From positions 22,444,001-22,508,000 of the forward strand of contig NC_086108.1 of the NCBI RefSeq assembly GCF_963921235.1: 64,000 nt of DNA. Direction: 5' to 3'. Numbering within the stretch: the stretch's first letter is position 1; each line of letters starts with the position of its first letter. A program made the position numbers and the translations under genes. Origin of the DNA: Mobula hypostoma. Lineage: Eukaryota. A model generated the notes under the pieces. That model was given only the letters and a program-made list of their open reading frames with translations, was not told the DNA's origin and ran no database searches. Shown in pieces: positions 24,750-37,634 of this stretch.

Positions 24750-25930
24750 AAGGATTGATTATCTTCTCTGAAACATCAGAGATAAAGTGGAAACCTAATA
24801 GAAGTTTATAAAATTATGAAGACATTGATAAGGGAGACGGTCAGAATCTTTATCCCAGGACTGAAATATCTAATACTAGATGGCATAGTGTTAAGGCAAG
24901 AGAGGGAAGCTCTTTTACACAGAGAGTGGTGGGTTTCTGGAACACACTGCCGGGGTGGTGGTGGAGAAAGAGACAATAGTGGCTTTTAGATAGGTGCAGA
25001 AGCACGAGGGAATGGAGGAAAATCGATCATGTGCAGTGTTCCATACCTCGTGGGTATCTTGTGACTGTCTTATGAGCATGATGTAATGGTCTTGTGGAGG
25101 TCACATGATGTAATTTTCCTGCCAGTGTGAGGTCACATGATGACCTGTTCTCAACAGGTATATAAAGGGAAACCCTGTTGTGACGCAGTTAGTTTGTTTA
25201 GTTTTGTGTTAGTTCGTCAGTTACTCCATTATGCTGCGTATTTGTCTCAAGACGCAGTTTCGTTTTAAAACGGAGTTTTCTTTTCTATTTTTAGATGCAA
25301 AGATTGGTGCTGGCAGTTTCGCCAATTGCTGCCAGTTTTGTGTGTCGCATCTATAATTTTTACTTTACAGTCCAGGATTGGAGAGTGAAGAAAGAAGTTA
25401 ATAAAGTTGGAGTCGTTTGGAGGTTTTATATAGGATCGACCTTATTGAGTCTTCGTTCAGAAATAGTGACATGTATCTGAGATAACTCCTGCAAGAGCAG
25501 GGAAGTTTGTGCAGTGTTCACTCACCAGAAAAAAGGTCAGTTCCTTTAAGCCGTTTTATTTCCTTGGTCATGAATCCTTTGGAGAATCAGCAGTAACGTC
25601 ATGTCTTCAAAGAAATCCGTTTCCAGAGAAGTCTCTCCGTATTGACGGTGTAAATCACTTGGACTTTCGAATTTACCACTTTAAGAACTGTTCCAGAGCT
25701 GACGTGTAGCTGTTAACTTCTGGTTAAGTTAGTCCTTTAAATATTTTTCCGCTATTGTTGAGCAGAGTTTATTAAATGTTTGTTTGTTTATAAACCTGAC
25801 TCAATTATATATTCACTGTTGCTGATTACGTAACAGCAGGCAGAAGGGACTAGCTTAAGTTGGCATCAGACTTTCTACCTGTAACATGGGTGGGAGTGTC
25901 TGTTCTAGTGCTGTACAACTTTATGTTCTA
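24750..25930 (+). mobile_element. Old CR1 3' fragment hosting a solo LTR
   Basis: Decayed 'LIEVYKIM...FTQRVVGFWNTLP' sequence; the CR1 3' UTR (CATGTGCAG|GCAGAAGG) resumes after the LTR. Confidence 0.7.
25037..25835 (+). mobile_element. Solo LTR (799 bp)
   Basis: TGTT...AACA termini; 4-bp TSD GCAG at 25033-25036 and 25836-25839; TATATAAA at ~25159; ATTAAA at ~25771. Confidence 0.85.
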
Positions 25931-26425
25931 AAGAGAACATACCACCCATGAGGTCTGTGTGCCCCTTGAGAAAGAACTAGTCAGCATAATGCCCCTTCCA
26001 GTGTAAGTACTTTGGCCTGCAGGGCATGGCTCTTCAGTAACGCCTGTTGGAGATTCTCTGACAGCTAATAACTGTTGATTGGTCTAACTGCACAGGATGG
26101 TGGAGGGAGCGAAGGTTTATGGTGGTTGACCAGATGTGAGCTAATTTGTTCTGCATAGTGTGGGGCTTCTTGAGTTTTGCTAAATCTGAATTCATCCAGG
26201 AAAATGAAGATCACAGTTTTAGACTATGGGAGTAGATCTCATGGAAAGGTAAAAGAATCTGAAAGGGTTGGATGCAGAAAGGATATTTCCCCTATCTAGA
26301 CCAATTATAGCTGCCTCTTTGGGGGTCCCAACCTAGGATCCACGAACCTCTCAGTTAATAGTAAGGGCCTATGGGATTAAAAAGTTCAGAAACCCCTGTT
26401 CTGGGTAATAGACTAAGCTTCATTC

Positions 26426-27698
26426 TGTCATGGTCCGGTCTGTGAAATCCGCATTCCAGTTCACGGTCCATTCCGTGGACTCAGGACTCCGGGTCTTCCA
26501 GCTGTCCCTTGTTTTGATGGAGTTAAGCATAGGCACCTGATTCTCATCTTGAGTCTTGGAATATAAGTAGCCTTGGGGTTGAGTGTGAGCTGCTGGTTTG
26601 TCTTGTCAATCCTCCTTGGAGCAACCTGCTGATGGAAGGCTAGTGAAACCATTTGTGATCTCCAGGACTGGTTGGAGGTCCACTGCTTTATGGAGCCTTG
26701 TTGCCACTCGTCAGTGGTATGGATTTGGCTGTTTCTGTAGCCAGTCAAGGTTGCAGGCTGCCCCGAGACTCAGAGCCACCCTGGATTGAGCTCCTTTCCT
26801 GTCCCTTGCATCCATTGGGTAAGCCAGGCTGATTGCTGTTACCCTGTGGTTGGTTCTGTCCTTTCCTGTCCCTTGCCTCCGTCAGGTAAGCAGGGCTGTT
26901 TGCAGTTACCCTGCTGTTGGGTCCGTCCCTCCCTGTCCTTGCCTCCATGGGGTGAAGTTCTGCATCCTGCCCAGGAGTTCTGCGTCCTGCCCAGGAGTTC
27001 CGCATGCTGCCCAGAAGAAGCTCCAAGAACCCAAACCTCGAAGATCCCAAGCTAAGCTCCAAGAACATAAACCTCGAAGATCCCAAGCCAAGCTCCAAGA
27101 ACACAAGCCTCGAAGATCCCAAGCCAAGCTCCAAGAGCACAAGCCTCGAAGATCCCAAGCCATGCTCCAAGAGCACAAGCCTCGAAGATCCCAAGCCACA
27201 CTTCAAGAGCACAAGTCTCGAAGATCCCAAACCAAGCTCCAAGAGCACAAGCCTCGAAGATCCCAAGCCAAGCTCCAAGAGCACAAGCCTCGAAGATCCC
27301 AAGCCAAGCTCCAAGAACACAAGCCTCGAAGATCCCAAGCCAAGCTCCAAGAACACAAGCCTGAAGTCCCCAGCCTGTAGCCAAGCTCAGGCCTCTAGAC
27401 CCCAGCCATGTCCTGTCTGAAGCCATGTCATGTCTTTGCCTGGTTCTGGGGTCCAAGCCCGTGGCAAGACCCAGGTTCTGGGTCCTTGTCCAGTCTTGGA
27501 CTTGGGCTCAGAGTTGAAGCCTTGTTTCCTAGTCCATGGTTTCTTGTCCTGGTCCCACCTTCCCTAGCCCAAGCCTGTGTTCTTGTCCCTGCTCCTTGCC
27601 TGTATCCTGTCACATCCCTACTCTGGTCAAGTCCTGTTCCTTGTACTTCAGTGTCTGTGTCTCGCATTTGGGTCTGTTCCCAGCACCTCATTGTGACA
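26426..27698 (+). mobile_element. Solo LTR (1273 bp), Gypsy-like, expanded by internal tandem repeats
   Basis: Perfect TGTCA...TGACA termini; 5-bp TSD CATTC at 26421-26425 and 27699-27703; CACCTG and TATAA near the 5' end. Confidence 0.85.
27018..27362. repeat. 36-bp minisatellite, about 9.6 copies
   Basis: Unit AAGCTCCAAGARCACAAGCCTCGAAGATCCCAAGCC; produces 12-aa repeats in all six frames. Confidence 0.95.
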
Positions 27699-28209
27699 CA
27701 TTCTTGAGCATTCATGAACAGGATCATACTCCACACATCTTATATTTCCCCACAGAACTTCAAGTTACTAAATCTTCCCTTTCATTCCAACTATACCAGG
27801 AAACCCTATTGCCACCATCTTCCATTCTCTCCCTCACCCTCTATTTATTCTGCAGCTGCAGAGGAGGGCAAGGTTCAATGTGGTCAAAGATTTTGAAGCA
27901 ATATATTCACAGGTCTGCCCTGTACTAGAGTGCACCTCCAGGGTGGTTCAGAAAGCAGAATTGTGTGTGCTAACTTTGTATGTGAAAATATTCTGCTTTT
28001 ACATGCTGAATCAATATGCAAATCAGCAACTTGTAAAAGGAGACACTGGTGACTGTAGACCTTGGGATCTGGAGTAAAACCCAATCTGCAGTGGGGTCAG
28101 CATCTATGAAGACAACAGGATAGACAATGTTTCAGAAGGAGATTCTGCATTAGAGCCAACTCTGCATCTTGACCTCACTATTGACTGTCCATTTGATCCT
28201 AATCCTTTG

Positions 28210-31200
28210 ACCATTACCATATAACAATTACAGCAAGGAAACAGGCCATCTCGGCCCTTCTAGTCTGTGCCAAACTCTTACCCTATCCTAGTCCCATTGA
28301 CCTGCACTCAGCCTATAACCCTCCATTCCTTTCCTGTCCATATATCTATCCAATTTAACTTTAAATGACAACATAGAACCTGCCTCAACCACTTCTGCTG
28401 GAAGCTCATTCCACACAGCTACCACTCTGAGTAAAGAAGTTCCCCCTCATGTTACCCCTAAATTTATGTCCTCTAACTCTCAACCCATGTCCTCTTGTTT
28501 GAATCTTCCCCACTCTCAATGGAAAAAGTCTAACCATGTCAATTCTATCAATCCTCCTCATAATTTTAAACACCTCTATCAAGTCCCCCCTCAACCTTCT
28601 ACACTCCAAAGAATAAAGACCTAACTTGTTCAACCTTTCTCTGTAACTTAGGAGATGAAACCCAGGCAACATTTTAGTAAATCTCCACTGTACTCTCTCA
28701 ATTTTATTGACATCTTTCCTAAAATTTGGTGACCAGAACTGTACACAATACTCCAGATTTGGCCTTACCAATGCCTTATACAAATTCAACATTACATCCC
28801 AACTCCTATACTCAATGCTCTGATTAATAAAGGCCAGCAAACCAAAAGCTTTCTTCACCACCCTATCCACATGAGGTTCCATCTTCAGGGAACTATGCAC
28901 AATTATTCCTAGATCCCTCTGTTCTACAGCATTCTTTAATGCCCTACCATTTACCATGTATGTTGATTAGTTCTACCAAAATGTAGCACCTCACATTTTT
29001 CAGCATTAAACTCCATCTGCCATCTTTCAGCCCACTCTTCTAACTGGCCTAAATCTCTCTGCAAGTTTTGAAAACCTACCTCATCATCCACAACACCACC
29101 TATCTTAGTATCATCTGCAATTTACCACCCCATCATCCAGATCATGAATATATATGACAAGCAACATTGGACGCAGTACAGATCCCTGAGGCACACCACT
29201 ACACACCGTCCTCCAATCTGACACACAGTAATCCGCCACTACTGTCTGGCCTCTCCCATCTAGCCACTGCTGAATCCATTTTACTACTTCCATATTAATG
29301 CCTAATGATTGAACCTTCCTAACTAACCTTCTGTGTGGAACCTTGTCAAAGGCCTTACTAAAGTCCATATAGACAACATCCACCATTTTACCCTCGTCAA
29401 CTTTCTTAGTAACCTCATCAAAAAATTCAATAAGATTTATCAAACATGACCTTCCACGCACAAATCCATGTTGACTGTTCCTAATCAGACCCTATCTATC
29501 CAGATAATTATATATATCATCTCTAAGAATACTTTCCATCAATTTACCCACCACTGACGTCAAACTCACAGGCCGATAATTGCCAGGTTTACTCTTAGAA
29601 CCCTTTTTAAACAATGGAACCACATGAGCAATATGCCAATCCTGCGGCACCATCCCCGTTTCTAATGACGTTTGAAATATTTCTGTCAGAGCCCCTGCTA
29701 TTTCCACACTAACTTCCATCAAGGTCCTAGGGAATATCTTGTCCGGACCTGGAGAATTATCCACTTTTACATTCCTTAAAAGCACCAGTACTTCCTCTTC
29801 TTTAATTGTCATACTTTCCATAACTACCCTACTTGTTTCCTTTACCTTACACAATTCAATATCCTTCTCCTTAGTGAATACTGAAGAAAAGAAATTGTTC
29901 AAAATCTCCCCCATCTCTTTTGGCTCCGCACATAGCCGTCCACTGATTCTCCAAGGGACAAATTTTATCCCTCACTATCCTTTTGGCACTAACATAACTG
30001 TAGAAACCCTTTGGATTTATTTTCACCTTACTTGCCAAAGCAGCCTCATATCTTCATTTAGCTTTTCTAATTTCTTTCTTAAGATTCTTTTTACATTCTT
30101 TATATTCCTCGAGTACCTCATTAACTCCAAGCTGCCTATATTTATTAAAGATCCCTCTCTTTTTCTGAACCAAGTTTCTAATATCTCTTGAAAACCATGG
30201 CTCTCTCAAACTTTTAACCTTTCCTTTCAACCTAACAGGAACATAAAGATTCTGAACCCCGAAAATTTTATCTTTAAATGACCTCCATTTCTCTGTAACA
30301 TCCTTCCCATAAAACAAATTTTCCCAATCCACTCCTTCTAAATCCTTTCACATCTCCTCAAAGTTAGCCTTTCTCCAATCAAAAATCTCATTCCTAGGTC
30401 CAGTCCTATCCTTCTCTATAATTACACTGAAACTATTTGTATTGTGATCACTGGACTCGAAGTGCTCCCCAACAAATACCTCCGTCACCTGCCCTGTCTC
30501 ATTTCCTAACAGGAGATCCAACATCGCCCCTTCTCTAGTTGGTACCTCTATGTATTGCTGCAAAAAACTATCCTGCACACATTTTACAAACTCCAAACCA
30601 TCCAGCCCTTTAACAGAATGGGCTTCCCAGTCTATTAAAGTGTGGAAAATTAAAATCTCCCACAATCACAACCTTGTGCTTACTACAAATATCTGCTATC
30701 TCCTTACAAATTTGCTCCTCCAGTTCTCGATCCCCATTAGGTGGTCTATAATACACCCCTATAAGCATTACTACACCTTTCTTATTCCTCAATTCCACCC
30801 AAATAGCCTCCCTAGACGAGTCCACTACTCTATCCTGCCAGAGCACCACTGTTATATAATCTCTGACAAGCAATGCAACACCTCCCCCTCTTACCCCTCC
30901 TATTCTATCACATCTGAAGCAATGAAATCCTGGAATATTTACTTGCCAATCACACCCCTCCTGCAACCACGATTCACTAATAGCTGCAACGTCATCTTTC
31001 CAGGTATCAATCCATGCTCTAAGCTCATCCACCTTTCTTACAATGCTCCTAGCATTAAAATAGATGCATTTAAGAAACTCTCCACCTCCCACTCTCTGTT
31101 TATCCTTAATTGAGCAAAAACCTTGTTATCTTTTTCTTATTTTTCCTCTACATCAACCTCCTCTCTCCTAGTCTCCTTAATTTGATTCCCTCACCCCAAC

Positions 31201-32290
31201 CATTCTAGTTTAAAGTCACCCCAGTAGCCCTCGCAAATCTCCCCGCCAGGATACTGGACCCCCCAGGATTCAAGTGCAACCCGCCCCCCCCCCCCGTACA
31301 GGTCACGCCTGCACCAATAGTGGTCCCAATCATCCAAAAACCCAAATCCCTTCCCCTTGCTCCAATCTCTCAGCCATGCATTTATCCTACATCTCATTGC
31401 ATTCCTACTCTCACTGTCACGTAGCACAGGCAGTAATCCCAAGATTACTACCTTTGTCGTTCTTTTTCTCAACTCCCTATATTCTTCTTTCAGGACCTCT
31501 CCCCTTTTCCAATCTATGTCATTGGTACCTATATGTACCACGACCTCTGGCTCCTCTCCCTCCCACTTCAGGATCTCTTGGACGCGATCAGAAACATCCT
31601 GGACCCTGGTACCAGGGAGGCAAACTACCATCCGGATCTCCGGACTTCGTCCACAGAATCGTCTATCTGAACCCCTAACTATTGAGTCCCCTCCTCTTCC
31701 GTTCCCTATCCTTCTTAGCTACAGGGCCGGACTCTGTGCCGGAGGCACGGCCGGTGTTGCTTCCCCTGGGTATGCTGTCCCCTACAACAGTACTCGAACA
31801 GGAGTACTTATTGTCAAGGGGCACAGCCACAGCCACAGGGGTACTCTGTATTACCTGATTCTTCCTATACCCCCTCCTAACCTTGACCCACTTGTCTGCC
31901 TCCCATGGCCCCAGTGTGACCACCTGCCTGTAACTTCTCTCTATCAACTCCTCACTCTCCCTGATAAGACGAAGGTCATCGAGCTGCAGCTCCAGTTTCC
32001 TAACATGGTCTCTTAGGAGCTGCATCTCTACACACCTGGCGCAGATGTGGATGTCCGGGAGGCTGAGAGACTCCATGACCTCCCACATCCGGCACTGAGA
32101 ACAACAAGCTGCCCTCACACTCATACTTCCCCCTCTCCTCAAATAACAGGGGGAAAAAAATGAAAAACCAAACCTTCTTCGCCTCGCCCGTTTCCGCCTA
32201 AGCCCGTTTAGCCAAAGCCCTTAAGCCTTCACTCTGCTCCTGGCTCACTCCGCAGCCCGCAAACTACTCTGCCCGCTCTATAAGGCTGTG
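28210..32290 (-). mobile_element. Near full-length CR1 LINE (ORF1 and ORF2 both disrupted)
   Basis: ORF1: Zn-finger/leucine zipper 31675..32142 (CSQC..ICARC..LELQLDDL) and SGNH esterase 31191..31631 (CLPG..VHIGTND). ORF2: APE 30610..31092 (NARS, ESWL, GDFN), RT 29111..29914, C-terminus 28406..28957. Short-repeat tail at ~28210. Confidence 0.92.
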
Positions 32291-32386
32291 TTTCTTTTAC
32301 TTTTCCTTTTACCTTCACTAATGCTGCCTAAACTTCTGAGTTCCTTCAGTAGGAACTCAGCAGGTCAGGCAGCATCTGTGGAAAGG

Positions 32387-32926
32387 CAGACATCCCACCC
32401 TGCAAAAAACTGATTTCTGGGAGAGGTGGGATGTCTGCAATAGAGTAGCTCCTTAGCAGCTAGCCAGCTAGTTTAAATAATGTTAGCTATGCTAATGAAT
32501 GAATAACACCTGTTAAATTCACCTCTACATGTCTTTTACAGTCTTAACCCACCATGGCCAATAGAAAAGTCACTGTTGCAAACAGCCCAGCGAGAAACAC
32601 TGTCATTATTTTTGACCCCTATTAGGCAGGGGTGCACTTTAGTGTAGTCTGGGGTGACGTACATTTTATATTTTTTTTTGGAACACTACTGCCATGGCGC
32701 GCTCTTGCTCTCTCTCTCTCTCGCGCTCGCTCTCTCATGGTTGCTCTCACGCTCTCACTTGCTTTCTCTCTCGCTTGCTTGCTCTTGCGCTCTCACTTGC
32801 TTTCTCAAGCTCGTTCGCTCTCAAAAAAATTGATTTCCGTGGTATTGTATATAATTTGCGGGCATCAGGGAGCCACTATTAATATGCGGGAGATTCCCGG
32901 AACTTCCGGGAGAGGTGGGATGTCTG
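32387..32926. mobile_element. Non-autonomous DNA transposon (540 bp) with a 6-bp TSD and an extra internal TIR
   Basis: TIRs CAGACATCCCACC / GGTGGGATGTCTG; TSD GAAAGG at 32381-32386 and 32927-32932; inserted into a PLE tail that resumes on the far side. Confidence 0.8.
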
Positions 32927-33318
32927 GAAAGGAATGAAGAGTTGATGTTTTGGGCCAAGACCCTTCATATGGAAAGGAATAAAGGAATGATGTTTCAGGC
33001 CGAAATTTTTCAACAGTACTTATGAAGAGTCTCAGCCAGAACCATCGATTCTTTATTCCTCTCCACAGATGTTGCCTGACCTGCTGAATTCCTGTAGCAT
33101 TTTGTGTGTTTCTCTGGATTTCCAGCATCTGTAGAATCTCTTATGTTTGAGTTCCTCCAGCATCATCTTCTTTCATAAGTGATATGAGGGTGGGCTTTTA
33201 ATCTGTCTTGGTGGCTGCAAGATCAGATACATCACTATTGTGCATGAGGTGTTTGACAGTGTGTTGTCCTTAAGGCATTTATTTGACTTTGTTGGGTCTA
33301 TGCTTTAGATAATTTGTT

Positions 33319-33910
33319 TGTAACTATTTTCTAGTTAAAGTTAAAAGTTGATAATTATGTTACAGTTTAACGAAGGTAAATTCATTGTCTATGGTATATC
33401 GCGGCGTGATGACGTCACCTCCGGTTTCGCCGCGTCTTATGTGTAACTGCGGCTCGGAGAAGGTGTGAAGGTGGGTGCTTTGCGTGCAGCGTGATCGTGA
33501 AGCGCTCCGTTTCTGCCCACAAAGAAACATTATAGAAGCAACGCCGTAAGTTCATAAGAATGTATTTGAAGTAAAAATATTAACGCGGTTTCTGTTAAGG
33601 ATGCGGCTGTTGGGGCGGCTTTTCAATTTCAGACGCGGGGTGGGCTCGGGCCCGATGGCGGTTTGACGCGACCCCCTCGCCCACTACTCGGGGCGGCTGG
33701 AGACTCTCGCTAAAAGAGAGCGCGCCTGGTTTCCAGAATGAAACAGATGCTGTATATGTTTGTATTTTTTTATCAACAGTTTTCACCATACGATGTTAAT
33801 GTGGAAGAGTGCACAGTAAATGGTTAACCTTACTACGACTCTGCCTTCATTGGCTCCTGTTTAACTTGGTGTTTAGTCAGAGTTTCAACACACTGCATGA
33901 GAACACTACA
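33319..33910. mobile_element. Candidate solo LTR, CpG-rich
   Basis: TGTA...TACA ends, TGACGTCA at 33410-33417 and many CpGs; no TSD found. Confidence 0.45.
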
Positions 33911-34329
33911 GACAGTGCTAATGAAGATTTTCAGCTTGTGGTTGCAGATACTTGGACATATTGAACGAACGTTCACCAGCAACTTTGATGTGTGTTGCTT
34001 GAATTTCCAGCATCTGCAGAATTCCTGGTGTTTGAATGAAACCCCTTGCTCTGGTGGGGCAGGCTCTTATGATGATGTGAATGTGGTCAATCATCTCCTG
34101 AACCATTAGTGACCCTGCAGCACTTGTAAGTGCCCATGGCTACCTGATACTCTCTACCTATGAAGGGTGAGTTCCCTGATGCATTGGTGAAGAGCCTACT
34201 GGCAAATATTGCTGAGAGTCTCAGTCCCATTGTGGAATAACTCTAGAGTGAAAAGACCTTCCATCTAAAGGTGGATCAGGCCATGCTCAGCTATGGGAAG
34301 TCAGTCACCATTATTGGAAGTTTGAGAAA

Positions 34330-34720
34330 TTGCTTCTCACCTCCCCCCTTCACCTTTTCCCACCCCCTTTTCTCTCCCTCACCTTATTTCCTTGCCCGCC
34401 CATCACCTCCCTCTGGTGCTCCTCCTGTCCCCACCCCTCCCAATTTTATTTCTTCCATGGCCTTCTGTCTCTTTCACCAATCAACTTCCCAGCTCTTTTC
34501 TATCCCTCCCCTTCCAAGCTTCACCTATCACCTGGAGTTTCCCTCTCCCTTCCCCCCCACCTTTTAAATCTACTCCTCAGCTTTATTTTCTCCAGCCCTG
34601 CTGAAGAGTCTGGGCCCGAAACGTTGACTGTACTCTTTTCCGTAGATGCTGCCTGGCCTGCTGAGTCCCTGCAGCATTTTGTGTGTGTTGCTCAGATTTC
34701 CAGCATCTGCAGATTTTCTC
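34330..34720 (+). mobile_element. Penelope-like 3' tail with a decayed hammerhead
   Basis: Pyrimidine-rich UTR, then CTGCTGAAGAGTCTGGGCCCGAAACGTTGACTG and GATGCTGCCTGGCCTGCTGAG. Confidence 0.7.
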
Positions 34721-37309
34721 TCTTTTTTTAAACTTAAAGTAAACATTTTTTTCACTGTCCCTGTTCTGATGAAAGGTCACCATCTAGAAACATCTGTTTC
34801 TCTTTTCGCAGATGCTGCCCAACACACTAAGTATTTGCAGTATTTTCTGTTTTGATTTTAGATTACTGGTGCCTACAATTTTTTTGATCTTCTAGTGCAG
34901 TTGAAGGCTCCAATAATCTGCACACCAACATACTCGGCAATCCATTTCAAAGAGATAATATTAACTTGATCAAGCCCAAGGAGCCAACTGCTGCATTGTT
35001 GACATGATTGACGTTATTTCCCCAGTAGCACCTACAATGTAGGTGATGACTGAAATTTCAAAGAAAAAGTCTTTTGGATGCTTCTGCCAACCAGCCAGTG
35101 GGGTTTAAAGAAGGGGTTTAAGTGTGTTTCCAAACAGTTGCCTTTAATGGAAATGCATCCTATGTATGATTTGGTAAATTATAATGCTGCATTGTCAGTG
35201 CTGTTGTCCAAAAGAATAATAACACAAGACAGTAATCCGAGCCCACCCTTTTATATGGAAGTGAAGGATCCCAAAACATTATTCTATGAGAACCCTGGGG
35301 CTATCCTTCAAACAGCGAATAGACTGGACATGTATTTATCTGTATTTTTTTAGTATTGCACTGAGTGAAAATGGCCTGTAGAATTTTTAATATTATGACA
35401 TTTCTTAAATTATCTTAGCCATTGTGGGAGCATCGTGTGAGTGGGCTAGTGGAGGAGCCTGAGGTCTAAGGGTTTGGCTCAAGAGGCTGCAGCAAGGAGG
35501 ACAGGTGAATGGCAAATAGAAGGGTAAGTTTTTTAATAGTAATTTAAAAGATACCAAATTATATCTAATTAAACAAAGCCAAGATGCAGGATCAGTTGAT
35601 GTGTTGTAGCTGCATGATGTGGGAGCAGGTGTACCCCATTGTGGTTCCTGGTGAGCATGTCTGCTGCATGTTTAGTGGCTTGAGGAACTCAGACTGGAAT
35701 CTGAGCTTTGAACTTTGTGATGCATCAGGGAGGGGAAGAGATACATGGACACTGTGTTTCAGGGAGCTGGGCAGTCACACCCATTAGATTAACTACTTTA
35801 AATTCGGTTTTCTGGCCCGGGATGTGAGGGTGTCACTGCGAGTGAGGCAGGTAAGGGGTTCCAACAGGTAGTGCTGGAGGAGCCTCAGCCCTTAAACTTG
35901 CCCGAAAGATCTGAGATTGTCACTCCCTGTGAGGGTAAGAGTGGGCTGTATGAAATAAGAGGAATTGAATTGTGACACCGTGATTCAGGGAGCTGTTCTA
36001 GAAGGGGAGAGAAGAGAAATGTAGTTGTAATCGGGGATAGTATAGTCAGGGGAATAGACACAATTCTTTTTTGCAGGGATTGAGAATCCTGAAGGCTGTG
36101 CTATTTGCCTGATGCCCATCCATCTGCATATTGAAAATGCTAGGACTATCACCTCAACTGACCTGCAGAGGAATTTAGAGTAGGAGGGGAAAGATCCAGT
36201 TGATCTGTCCATGTGGATAACAATGTAGAAAGCACAAGGCAAGAGATTCCGCTGAGGGAATTTGAGCAGCTAGGGATTAAATTAAGGTGCAGAATCAAAA
36301 AGAAAATAAGTTCTGGTTGGGAGCTCAATATCCAAGGATATACTTTGTATCAAAAGGACAGGTGGATAGGCAGAGGAAGTTGAGTGGCTCTGTTGGTAAA
36401 AAATGAAATCCTTAGAAAGAGATGACATGGGATCAGAAGGTGTAGAATCCTTGTGGGTAGCGTTAAGAAACTGAAGACTGATGAAAGTTATATGTGGGCC
36501 TCTGGACAATATCCAGGATGTGGTTTACAAATAACAATAGGAGATTAAAAAAAAAAGCATGTAAAATGGGCAATGTTATGATAGCCCTAGCATTTTCAAT
36601 ATGCAGATTGATTGGGAAAATCAAGTTGGTGCCAGATCTCAAGGGAAGAAATTTGTAGTATGCCTACAAGATGCTTTTTCGCACAGCTTGTGGTTGACCC
36701 CATTGGGGAAAAGCCAATTTTTGATTGTATGTTATGTAATGAACCAGATTTGATGAGGGAGTGGGTGTTTTAAACCAGATTTGATGAGGGAGCTTAAGAT
36801 AAAGGAAACCTTAGGAGACAGTGATCATAATATGATAGAAATTACCCTGCAGTTTGAGAGGGGGAAGCTAAAATCAGGCGTATTGGTATTACTGTTGAGT
36901 AAACCTAGCTACAGAGGCATGAGGGAGGAGCTGGCCAAGGTTGATTGGAAGAAGGCGCTAGCAGAGAAGATGGTAAAGCAGCAACAGCTGTAATTTCTGG
37001 GAGTAACTTGGAAGATGCTGGATTGATTAATTCTAAAGAAGAAGAAGCATTCTGAAGTGAATATACAGCAACTGAGACTGATAGAGAAGTCAAAGACAGC
37101 GTAGAAGTCCACACGGAAGGCAAAGCAGCATAAAAGCAAAAGTGGGGGTGTACAATCTAGCAAAATTAGTGGGAAGCTAGAGGATTGGTAAGTTTTTAAA
37201 CACCAACAGAAGGTAACTAAAAAGGCAATAAGGAGAGAAAAGACAGGCAACACACATCAAAGTTGCTGGTGAACGCAGCAGGCCAGGCAGCATCTGTAGG
37301 AAGAGGTGC

Positions 37310-37345
37310 AGTCGACGTTTCAGGCCGAGACCCTTTGTCAGGACT
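37310..37345 (-). ncRNA. Minimal hammerhead ribozyme, likely inactive (CUGACGA changed to CUGACAA)
   Basis: agtc CTGACAA agggtctcggcct GAAAC GTC gact. Confidence 0.6.
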
Positions 37346-37634
37346 AACTGAAGGAGGAGTGAGTAAGGGATTTGAAAGTTGGAGGGGGAGATCCAAAATG
37401 ATAGGAGAAGACAGGAGGGGGAGGGATAGAGCCAAGAGCTGGAGAGGTGATAGGCAAAAGGGGATACGAGAGGATCATGGGACAGGAGGTCCGGGAAGAA
37501 AGACAAGGGGGTGGGGAACCCAGAGGATGGGCAAGAGGTATTTTCAGAGGGACAGAGGGAGAAAAAGGAGAGTGAGAGAAAGAATGTGTGCATAAAAATG
37601 AGTAACAGATGGGGTACGAGGGGGAGGTGGGGCC

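Noticed and set aside
27018..27362. 36-bp repeats as a CRISPR array or a repeat-protein gene
   Set aside because: Units are contiguous with no unique spacers, there are no cas genes, the context is eukaryotic, and the array lies within a TSD-bounded LTR.
27856..27912. Possible 57-nt in-frame exon (polypyrimidine tract, CAG acceptor; LQRRARFNVVKDFEAIYSQ; donor GTCTGC)
   Set aside because: Weak donor, unrecognised peptide and no partner exons; it would need RNA-seq or tBLASTn support.
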